Under the pieces are notes generated by a model that was not told the origin of the DNA, did no database searches, and saw only the letters and a program-made list of their open reading frames with translations. Positions 41,011 to 52,129 of a stretch of 64,000 bases of DNA are shown here, piece by piece. The translations under genes and the position numbers were made by a program. Source of the stretch: the human T2T-CHM13v2.0 reference genome, Homo sapiens; the NCBI RefSeq assembly GCF_009914755.1, contig NC_060928.1. One strand, written 5' to 3'. Position 1 is the first letter of the stretch; each line of letters opens with the position of its first letter.

Positions 41011-43060
41011 TGACATTGACATCATGAATTACTACTCACAGGCTCATAGACCACTGTGAGAGAAAAGATCATTGACTTAGAAATATGTTGAACTAAGCTG
41101 TTCCCATGAAAATCTTCCCTAATAGAACAATTATGTGAACCATTTTTTATCTTCTGGAGATTTTAATATATTGATTAAATGTGTCAACACAGTGATATGA
41201 TCAGTGAATAGGAACACTTGCTTTGTATAATTTTGCCCATTTTGATTGCTCTTTTAATTTATGCATTTCTTAAAATTGAGTTCAATTATCACCACATGCC
41301 TCTTCAATCAACATTGGCTGTATTTCATGTGTCCTTAACAAATCACAAAAGTAATTTGAACTTATTGCCAAGTGAAAAAGAAATGAACATCTTCAACTGA
41401 ATATTCTTGGTTTTACCATATAGCAGGACATAGAAATCTTTGTAGTCAAAGAATCCTAGAACCTAAGAACAGTAATCATGCTACTTTTCATAGACATCAG
41501 AAATTGATCAGGACATTTTTTATTCTTTAACTGACCCTGAATATGTCTTTGACCCTGAGATCTGGGAAGTCATTTCTATACTGAGGTGTGGAAGAGGAGA
41601 CCTATTAACCTGGTATCAGCTTCTCAATTCCGACCTGACTTCAGGGCAGTCTGAAGTCTTCATAAATTTATTTTGCTGAGGTCACACAGCAGTAGACCTG
41701 GAATGACAACCTACGTTCCAAAATTCTCATGGCCATTATCTTGCCACCTGTCCTTGTAAACTGCTATTAAATTCCTGTCTAAACATGGCTGTGGATACAG
41801 GAGGAACGGAATTATAACACAAGTCAAAGTCCTCATTTTTCACCTCTGCTTGAATTTAATATACTGCTCCTTTAGATTTCTGCTCTCAATGTCTTTGCTC
41901 TTCTTTCTATTTTCATTGACATAAATATTCTGTTATAGCTAACTGATAAAGAAAGAACTACAGGTCTCCAACTACTCTATTCAGCTGCTCTCATATTCAA
42001 GAACAGCATCCTACAAATAGAAATATTGAATATAAATATGAACAATGATGTTCTCACCCATAATGTTGCCGTGCAGTTCAATTACTCATGGTTTTCTTTG
42101 CTGAAAACTTATCTCCCTTGCTACTCCTTCCCCTCAAAGCTTCCTTTCTTAACATTTAACTTCCAGAGCCTAAACTTAACTAAGCTCAGGTACTAGAATC
42201 TAGTGGTTCCATGAATGACTGCAAATCTTGAGTGCTCTGCTGATGCTAATAATAAAGCATGTCAGCACAAGAAAAACCCTGGTAATAACCATGCCAAGAA
42301 AATGAGGGAAAACGCCCAATCCCACGCCTACAAATTCATGCTGCTAATTATTAACAATGAAAAACTTGGCTTAAATTCAACCTTCAATTAGATACATGTT
42401 TTTATTAAAGTAAAATTCTAAATTTGTTCAATAAAACAGGCAAATTATGGGTTTTAGAGACTGACTTTATTAAAATATTTGTGTTCTATTGGCAGCATGG
42501 CAATGTGAAACGCAGAATTCGGAACCCCAGGGCCTGACTTCTAGGCCTTTTCTGAATCAATCTGAATACACAAGTAGCTCCATGGCTGTTTTCTCCTCTG
42601 TAAATCAAGTACATAATCAATTACAGAGGATTAGAAATCCTCTCTAAATTTCTGTCAAGTATTAAAAAGCTAAAATTTTAAATATTTCTATTATTTATAG
42701 CTTTGCAAAGCAAACAAATTGCTTAAGGGTAGCCACAGAATGGTCATGGATGCCATTTCCACTATTTTCCATCCACACTCCCAATGCATTCTATAGCAAG
42801 ACCAGCATGGAATGACCAAAACATATCTTAATAAGCTAAGTGTATTCATTTAACAGATATTCATTCACCAACTACTACATGGCAGGCACTGTTCTAGGTG
42901 CTTATGAGTCTGATATTTTGCTCATATGAGAAAGAACTTATAAATCTCATAAAATTAAATAACGTTTTGCACTTGTAAAAACTGACTAAAAGAATAGGTT
43001 GAAAGGAGAGTGTGTACCTCTCCTTTAATTATGTACTTTATTAAGAACATCCTCTAATAA

Positions 43061-43193
43061 TTTTTTGAGAGATGAGTCTCACTCTGTTGCCCAGGCTGGA
43101 GTGCTGTAGCATGATCATAACTCACTATAGCCTCAAACTCCTGAGTTCAAGTGATCCACCTGCCACAGCTTCTCAAGTAGCTGGTACTACAAG
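43061..43193 (-). mobile_element. Alu right-arm or FLAM fragment (J-type)
   Basis: GAGTCTCACTCTGTTGCCCAGGCTGGAGTG…CCTCAAACTCCTGAGTTCAAGTGATCC. Confidence 0.85.
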
Positions 43194-43996
43194 ACCTATC
43201 TATAACCTTTTCAACAATATAACTTCTAAATTGAACCCTGGTGGTTACTAAGGTGTGATACACAGTCCTTCTTTGTGTACTTTTTTGTAAATGCCCATCT
43301 GAGGCCTGTTTGATGAAGAAATTCAAATAATCTAAAATTTGGAGAAAAAATAATGAATTATTTGTAATTATTCAAAATTTGATTAAATCTATAAGGCCAG
43401 TAGCAGAGAAAAATAACATATTCACTCAGTTGAACACTATACAGACATTACAATGACCTCTCTCTCTTTTTTTTACAACCATCTTATAACTAAATTTAAA
43501 ACATACAATTCTTATGTTCACATAAAAATAATTAAAATGCAATATATAATATTAACATAAATTTGTAAAACAAGTACAAAAAAGCAAAAAAAACTCTCAA
43601 AATAAATATACCACAATATTAAAAGTGTTTCTTATAACAAAATTAATTTTTAATTATTTCTTCCATATTTATTTTTTCCAAATTTACTCCTATAGAGGAA
43701 GAGAGGGGAAAATTGTATTGTTTAACAACATTAAAAAAAAATTCCTTACTTTGCAAATTGCAAATGACCTAAATGTCTAAATGGCTAAATGATGCGGAAC
43801 AGGAAGTCCTAGTTATACACACAACTCAACACTTCCATGATGGGATAATTATGATAACATCCAAGGTGGCTATACAAATATCATGATTTGAGAAAAATAT
43901 TTAATGAAATAATTTTAAATGTGAAAAATCATATTATAAATCACTATACACTATATTATCATATAATCCCCAATATGACTAGTGGAAATATTACAA

Positions 43997-44326
43997 TGAC
44001 ACTTTCTAACAAAAATATAATATGTGCCACATATGTAATTTTATTTTTCTAGTAGCCACATTTTAAAAAGTAATATGTGCCACATATATAATTTTATTTT
44101 TCAATTAGCCACATTTTATAAAGTAAAAAGAAACAGGTGAAATTAAATTTAATAATATATTCAACTCAATATATTCAAAATATTATTTCAACATGCAATC
44201 AACATAAAAAATTATTCATGATCTACTTCACATTATTATTTTACCACACATCCCAATTTGGACCAGTTACATTTCAGGTGCTCGTTAGCCATATGTGGCT
44301 TGTGACTACCCTAAAGGACAGCATTG
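43997..44326. mobile_element. MER33 (hAT-Charlie) with internal 53-bp tandem duplication
   Basis: GCCACATATGTAATTTT…CTAGTAGCCACATT…AAAAAGAAACAGGTGAAATT…TAGCCATATGTGGC…GGACAGC; unit starting TAATATGTGCC at 44018 and 44071. Confidence 0.85.
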
Positions 44327-47105
44327 CATTGAAATGAAACCAAGAAGATTAGAAATTGTTGTCTTTTATCATTATGTTTTTCCCATTTCTTATGTGCAAG
44401 TTTCCTTATTTTATATTTTCCCCATTGCCTAGTACACTGCTAGGCTCAATAAATCTGGGCTGCCTTTAACTTATAAAATACTAACAAAATTAATTTTGAG
44501 CAGAACTGGTTGCTGTTAGTTAGACGAATCTCAGGAAAAAAGCCAAGGGTACTGTTCCTCATCTGCAAACATAAAACAAACCAGCAAGGACACCACTCTT
44601 ATTTTATTCTTTAGTGTTAAAGCCAACCATCATAACCAAAGATGGCATCTACAAGACAACATTTAAACACTTTACCAGCGTCATTAGTGGGCTGGGTCAA
44701 CGAGACTCTTCCACGAGTCATCAAAACCATCTTCCAGTCATGACTCTTCTTTATCTGAATAAATGTTCACATGAAGAATGTGTATATATAAGTGTGAGAA
44801 AGGAAAGGAGAATCCCAGAAGATTGGGAGGGGGGTGTAGGTGGATGGAATTGGAGGGAAGGACTCACATGATGATCTGACAGGTGCTCCCACTTCCGAAG
44901 TCTCCCTCTGGGACCACTGGGTGTAAGTCTTCTTGTCAAGGACAGCACTTGGTACACAGCGAATGCTCAATAACCGCTTCTAGATTGAATGGACATATGC
45001 ACAGTTTGCCTAATTTCCTCGTCAGGACACTCAGGAATGCATTCCTAACAACGAGCACAGGTTCACCAGACAATAATTCCTTCATTGTGGTTGAATTCAC
45101 ACAAACAAAATGTGAAGAACATTGCCCAGATTATCATTTTAAATATAGCTGCAGTCTGCGTGTCATAAGAAACAAAGCCCACGGCTGTGCATTCCTCTAA
45201 CACAATAGGCACATGCCATCCGGTGCTTATTACACACAAGGTGCTGGTGATTATGGTTATATACATAGAGACAAAACGGGCAACTAGCTTAGCCTAGTTA
45301 TAACTAACAAATACACTTGGCTTTATCTCTTTCCATAATGAAGGTTTAATCATTCCTTTCTTTTTCTTTTACTGAATAAAAAGAACTGGGTAGAATTTTG
45401 AACATGATTCTACTGGCTAATAAAAACAACAATGTCTTCAGAAGTGTGGAGAAAAGCCTTAGCTAGTATTAAAGGGTAAATGTGCCATTCTAGAGTGTCT
45501 TCTGAGAGCCAGGGCATTAGCTGGCAATGGTAGGTATATAATAGCTTGGGTCTGTCCCCTGAGCTGGTTAACCTTGAGCAAGTTATTTCTCTTTTCTGAA
45601 TCTCAACTTTCTCAGCAAAAGGAAATAAAGAAAACCCAGCACAGTTATTCTGAGGATTAAATAACATAAGTAGAATGCTTCTTCCACTGTATATGCTAAA
45701 TTTTTCATTTCAGTCTTGTTATATACATCTTCCTTTTTGTTGAAAAATGAATGTGACAAAAGCAAGAAAAACAATCACTGATTTATCTGAAATTGTAAAA
45801 ATTCTCAGGTTTGCTTGTTATGCTTTGAAAAAGGAACCCTCAGCCAACACACAGAATTTGGAAGCAGCCTGGGAGTTTTAATAGGTTTGCTAGGAAATGG
45901 GTTTCAGTGCCAGGAACTCCAGATCACAAGAAAATTTATGCAATTAGATCATTTGGTCTAAATGTGATTATGTATTTTAGTAATGAACAGTATGGTAAAG
46001 CCAGAACAATAGAAGGAAAGCAGTAAGAAGAAATTCAATTTAGTATAGAAGCTTCAGAGACCTGCAGAAAGGGAAATCATATATGCATGATAAGCAGGCA
46101 TTTTCCATAATGGCTGGAGATAACAAGTAAATGATTTCAGACAATTGCGTGGAGGATACAGAGGGTACAGACTGGCAATTCTCAGAATGTGGCCATAACA
46201 CCAGCCAGGGAGACAAACTTTGAAGTTCAGAACAGAAAAGGTAAAGATGTTAGAGGTGGTAGTACTGAGTCAGTGCCAATTAATGTGCAAAGTTTGCAAC
46301 TCAGAAGAGAAATAAGAAAAGTCCAACCAGAAAGTTCATAAATGAGCTAGTTCAACTTGGAGAGAAAGTGGAAGAAGAGTGAGCCTTGGGCTATATCATG
46401 ACACTGGGGCATTTGTTTTCAATGAAATATTTATATAAAAATGAAACAAGGTGTGTCATATTGGTACCCATAGTTGGTGATGATTAATTATGTCTGGTCA
46501 GGATCAGAAACCGGACTATATAAACCACTGCCAGCTAATGCATGTCTCCCAGAAGACATGAGAGGGTGGTGATGGCTTTGCTCTTTAATACTGGACTTTT
46601 GCTCCACATCCCTGGAAGGAATGGGCCATAGGGAGGCTTAGAAATCTTTTCTGCCCTTTCCACCAAGGGCTCAGATGAGAGCAAGACTAAGGGACCTACT
46701 TCCCTGTCCTTTTTTGCTTGTCTGCTATCCTTTGTGCTCCTTAGGACTGGGAAGTCCTCAGGCCTCCTCCAACCCCCAGACTAGCTGGAGGGGAGATGTG
46801 GAGTGTACAGGCATTGAAGAGAGGTGTTTGAAGAGTCAGGAGAAGAAGATTTTCCATGGAAGTTCAATTCATAAGCCCTTTGCTCTTCTCATTAAAAGCT
46901 GTGTATTGGAGGAGAGGCTCTATGAGACCCATATCACAGCCATGTCAACTTGGGATGGAGCCTAGTGTTTCCTCCCCAAATTAAATTGAGCTACTCTCAG
47001 GGAGTATACACTGTGGCTACAACAGTCAAATAATAATAATATTAGTACGAATTTAAAATGGGAAGTGCAATGGCTTTTTGTCATTGTTTTATTATGAAGA
47101 GAACC

Positions 47106-47234
47106 TTTTTTTTTTTTCCGAGACAGTCTTGCTCTGTCACCCAGGCTGGAATGGAGTGATGCGATCTCAGCTTACTGCAACCTCGACCTCCGGGGCTCAA
47201 GTGATCCTCCCATCTCAGCATCCCAAGTATCTAG
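47106..47234 (-). mobile_element. Alu right-arm fragment (J-type)
   Basis: T12, then GAGACAGTCTTGCTCTGTCACCCAGGCTGG…GGCTCAAGTGATCCTCCC. Confidence 0.85.
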
Positions 47235-47555
47235 GGCAGAATCTAATCCTTTTTGTTTTATTGGGCCACTGGAGTGGTCTTATTAACTATGTTAATGGTA
47301 CCCACTGCTCCAGGAGAAGGCAATGGTAAATGACTGTGTGTGTGAGCGTGTGTAACTGTGTGCGCATGTGTCCATGTTGCTTAACAAAAACTGTTTTATC
47401 CCTTTTTTATGCAGACTTGCTCCCTGGGGGAAAAGTGGTCAATTTCTGAGTTAGGGGCTGTTTGAAAGAGAGGAATTGTTCCCCTGGAGGGACATGGAAT
47501 CAGGATGGTGACTTGAGCTTAAAGATGGACTCTGGGGTCAGAAACAGGGCTCCGT

Positions 47556-47709
47556 CTTCTTTTTCTTTTCTTTTTTTTCTTGTGTTAATACATATAAATG
47601 GGTCTTGTTTTATTGCTCAGACTGGTCTTGACCTCCTGACCTCATGTGATCCTCCCATCTCAGCCTCCCTAGTAGCTGGGATTACAGATGCAAGCCACCT
47701 GCCTGGCTG
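47556..47709 (-). mobile_element. FLAM-type Alu monomer
   Basis: T-rich tail, then CTGGTCTTGACCTCCTGACCTCATGTGATCCTCCC…GCTGGGATTACAG…GCCTGGCT; possible TSD AGGG.TCC.TC. Confidence 0.8.
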
Positions 47710-48179
47710 AGGGTTCCTTCCACAGAATCCCTCAGGACCCAGAGATCTTAGCACCAGGCCGTGAAAAAAAAAAAAAAAAAAAAAACAAACTGAAGATGTG
47801 TATGTGAGGACAGAAAGAGAGAGACAGATCAAGGAATCCCAGAGCCCAAGAGCAAAGATACTTAGGAAAAGGCATACAGTAAACTAAGCGGCCATTAGAT
47901 TAGAAAGGAGCCATCTGCAATAGCGGCACCATGTGGTAATAATGTGTCATAGCAGCAGTGGACCAGGATTGTAGATTTCTCTTCCCTTGGCTTTTAAAAC
48001 ACCTGATTAACGCTCTCTGAGTCAGGGCTCTTGAATTACACAGGAATGCAGAAGAAGGTGGAAGAATAGGAAAACTCAGATGTCTTCCTGCTAACGGAGC
48101 AGGTGGTGGCCTGAACAATACATTATTTAACAAATGTGAGAAAGTAATTATTGGGGTTCTACAAGGTTTATTCTAGGCC

Positions 48180-48400
48180 ATCCTATTTTCCATAAGAAGG
48201 TAGCACTGCACTTGGCGTATACCGATCTCATTTACTATCTCAATAATAACCCTTGAGACAGTTTCCCTTACCCACTTTATGCAAGAATAACTAAGGGTCA
48301 GAGAGTTCAAATAATTTGCACAAGGATTACTCGATTGTAAGAGTTTGAGCTGGGACTCACATGCAAGTTCATTTGTCTTCAAAATCCTGGGCTTCCAATC
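48180..48400 (-). mobile_element. MIR
   Basis: ATCTCATTTACTATCTCAATAATAACCCTTGAG…CAGAGAGTTCAAATAATTTGCACAAG. Confidence 0.65.
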
Positions 48401-48769
48401 TCTGTTCCCCTTGCCTCCCCACAGTCTTAAAATAAATGTTTCCCAGGCTTCCCTCTGCTGCTATCACTGTTGGCATAAAGCGAATTTCCTCGACTGGTGA
48501 ACCTAAAATTTTCTAACAACAATGATCTGCATAATTTCTCATAGTTTAAAAAGTTCTTATGAAAACAATTTCCTTTTCAGTCTTCCCACAATTTCATAAG
48601 GTAGGTAAAATAAAGACTATTATTATCATCTCATTTTATATACGAGGCAGGGAGGGCCCTAATTAATGTACTTATTTCAAAGTCTGGCATCTCTTAACAA
48701 TAAACTTATTTCACTCTTTGTTAAACTGACCAGTATAGTCATGGACTGAGAGTCAGAAAGTGTGTGTTT

Positions 48770-49440
48770 TATTTATTCATTCATTCACTTGTGTAATTAC
48801 AAATCCATTGAGTGTCTATCACCTATCAGGCATTATTTTAGGTACTGAAATATAGCAGTGATCACAACAAAGACCCTGTCCTCTTGGGGAATGCATTCTA
48901 GTGAAAGAAACAGAAAATGCACAAGGAAACAATGATTTGAGATCAAGTGTCAGGTAGCGATCATGGCAATGAAGAAAAACAAAGAGAACACAAGAAAGGG
49001 AGTCAGGGAATCTCTCTTTGCAGAGCAACATCTGAGAAGAGGTGAGGAAGAGAACTAGGGAGAAGACTTAATGCATTAAAGCTTTAGAAAGGAATTTGCT
49101 TTATGAAAGAATGAGAAGGCCATTATAACTGGAGCCCAACGAGCAAGGACTAGTGATACCAGAAGACACTGGAGGAGGAGACAGTCAGATCACACAGAGC
49201 TTGAAATGCCTTGTTGAAAGTGAGGGAGACTTATTGCAAGAATGATGGGAATCTATGTGGGGGTTCAGAGCAGGGTGGGGCAGAGCTGATACATGTTTAA
49301 AGGATACTTCCATGGCTCTGTGGAAACTTGACTCAGGGATGTGGGGTGGGGAGGCAGTGCAGAGAGAAATCAAGGAGATGGGGTTAGGAAGCAGATGGAG
49401 TGACAGGTGAGAGAGGTCGATGGCTAAGAATAGAATGGTA
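48770..49440 (-). mobile_element. L2
   Basis: ATTCATTCATTCA…CATTGAGTGTCTA…CAGGCATTATTTTAGGTACTG…CAGATCACACAGAGCTTG. Confidence 0.7.
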
Positions 49441-50509
49441 ACGGCAGCTGGCTTTATTGCCAATTATGCAATACTTTTAGGTTCTATGACCTTGAGTTTA
49501 ATTAACCTCTTTGGGGTTAATTAGCTTTTTTTAGCTTATTTTTATTTCAAAATACAGTTATTAAAATCCTTACAACTCTGTAATGAAAGAAAACTTACAA
49601 AAAATTACATATCCTGAAATATATAAAACGTTAAATAACTGTTTTTCTCTTGCCATAGAGAAAAATATACACAGCGGGGACCTAATAAGCACAGAATTTG
49701 ATTCAGAAATGGATTTAAAACATACACACTACTACCTGAAAGCAAGCATCAAATAGTTGTAAGTGCCAAAGCAACCAAACTTACCACCGACATATCTATT
49801 TCAGTATTGACAGAGCTCTTGGTTCTGGTTAAATAAATTAAAGATGGGAAAAGTGATAAAATGTCAATTAAGAAAGCCAACAAAATCCCCTAAAGGAAGA
49901 AGAGAAGCCATTCTTCTAACTTCAAAACTGATCCTTGCTGAAGACAAAACTTCCAAGAATTTGCTCTTATTATACACATCATTCCTTAAAGGGAAATTGA
50001 CAGACATGGATATCAATCTCAGTTACACCACCAACTAGTGCCGATAAACCGCCAAGCAAGAGCTTCTAAATTTATGATTTGTGATTAAAACAAATATTTA
50101 GTAAAATAATTAGATGGACTAAACAGCATTTTAGAGAGCTTTTTAAGACCTAGGATTTTGGATACAGTATGCATCTTAACACAAAAATCATCAATTCTAT
50201 ATTGATAACTAATAATAATAAAATAAGTATGTAAGCATGTGAAGTATAGATTCTGCTCTCTGTCTAAACAGTACCAGAAACTCCTGCAGGAGTGCTTTGC
50301 TTGACTTTTTGACCTCTGAGTACGTTAATATTTTAAGGTAAATTCCGATTCAAGTACCCAAATGATTATAAAGCAGGGCTTCACCTTGGTGTTGTGGTTA
50401 CAATTCTGCATATCAAGGAAAAAGAGAAATGCTTCACTCCCAAGTCTCGCTCCTCATTTTCAGTCTTGAGGTACCTTTGTTTACAAAGGATTTCTCACTG
50501 CTTGTTTTG

Positions 50510-50528
50510 TACTGCCACCTGCTGGTAA
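50510..50528 (-). promoter_or_regulatory. Candidate CTCF binding site
   Basis: Minus strand TTACCAGCAGGTGGCAGTA matches the CTCF core CCASYAGRKGGCRS at every position. Occupancy is not shown. Confidence 0.55.
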
Positions 50529-50639
50529 GCACCAAACTTTATTTTTATAAATGAGAAATCTATACACATCCACTCTTAGTTGGTGTTACACTCTCAGATT
50601 TTTATAAGTTTTAAGAAAGTTTCCTTCACATTTGCAATT

Positions 50640-51500
50640 ATTAATTATTTCTCATGGTACAAAATTTTATATAACCATTAAAATATAGAAAACACAAATA
50701 AGGAATTAATAGATGCTGCATTTCCATCTCCCAGAGATAATCTCTGGTATACAGCCTTCAAGAACACACAATTGGGTTATATGATGTTTATCATCTAAAA
50801 TCAAATGTGATGTCATTTAATAATTATTTGTTGGATACATTACATGTAATCATATGTCAATTTATTTTCAAACATTTGGAATTTTTTTCAATTTTTTTTG
50901 TTATTTGTTTGATGTAGCAATATCCTCGTTTTAAAACCTTATACTCAGCTCTAAGCTATATGAAATATTACTAGAAATATAGCTAGTACATCAAAGGACT
51001 TCAAAATGGGAAGGCCTTTGACATGTACAGACAAGTTCACCTCCAGAAGTCTATACGAATTCACACTCCTATAAAAGTGCTACTCTCTCCACACTGTCAT
51101 CAACTCCTCCTTTTAAGTATTTTAAAAAAAACTACTCCAATCATATCCTGAAGGAAAACTGGATACTTTTATCATTTATATTTATTTTATTGGGAGTGAA
51201 CATTTATATTCATATCTATTAACCGTTTCTATTTTTGCATTTCTAAAATGCCTTATGTCCCTCTGCCAGGTTTTCTATTTTAGTGTTTGTATAAAAGAGG
51301 AAGTAATCACTTTTCATGTATGTTCCAAATACTTTTGCTGGTCATATATTATTTGATTTCATTTGTGGTATTTTTAACAATAGACATTTTCAGTATTGAT
51401 TTAGTCAATTACATCAGTTATTTCCTTCATGTGGTTTGCCTGTGGTTTTATGTTTAGAAATAACTTCCTTGTTCTTAGAATTATTCATTATTTTATCTTG
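50640..51500 (-). mobile_element. Old L1M (L1ME-like) fragment
   Basis: T-rich degenerate antisense L1 ORF2-end motifs (CACACTCC…CTCTCCACAC; GTGAACATTT…TATTAACCGTTTCTATTT). Confidence 0.5.
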
Positions 51501-52129
51501 AAGGAAACTGTTCGAATTCCCTCTGTCATGCAAGAAGATTTTATCTAGATATTTTTCCTGTGGCAGTTCACTAAGTTGCCTGGCATGAGACTGAAGGTTG
51601 ATCTATGAGTCATTATCACATTACACCATTTGTTTTTTCTGTACTTATAGGAATTTATGACACTGACGTGCAAAATATTTTGAGGACTTTATAAGGAATC
51701 CCTTATTATGTCTATTAATGGGCTAGCCATCTCTCCTCCATAGCATTCCACACTTATAAATTCTGTTCGTCAATAAAAAGCAAAAATCATATTTTACATC
51801 AAATAAAACTCACCATAAAATTCAACCACAAACAGAAGCAGACTTCTATTATTGTGAGGTTACTAAAATGAGAATGGGACCTAGGAGGAGGGCAGCTTGG
51901 CCAGCTGCCAATCAATTCATACCAGAAGGTTGTCTTTTTCTTATTTATTTCTTCTAAAAAAAAAGAAAGATACATGTGCGGAACATGCAGGTTTGTTACA
52001 CAGGTATTCATGTGCCATGGTGGTTTGCTGCACCTATTGACTTTTCCTTTAAGTTCCCTCCCCTCACCCCCTAACCCCCAACAGACCCTGGTGTGTGTTG
52101 TTCCCTTCTCTGTGTCCATGTATTCTCAA

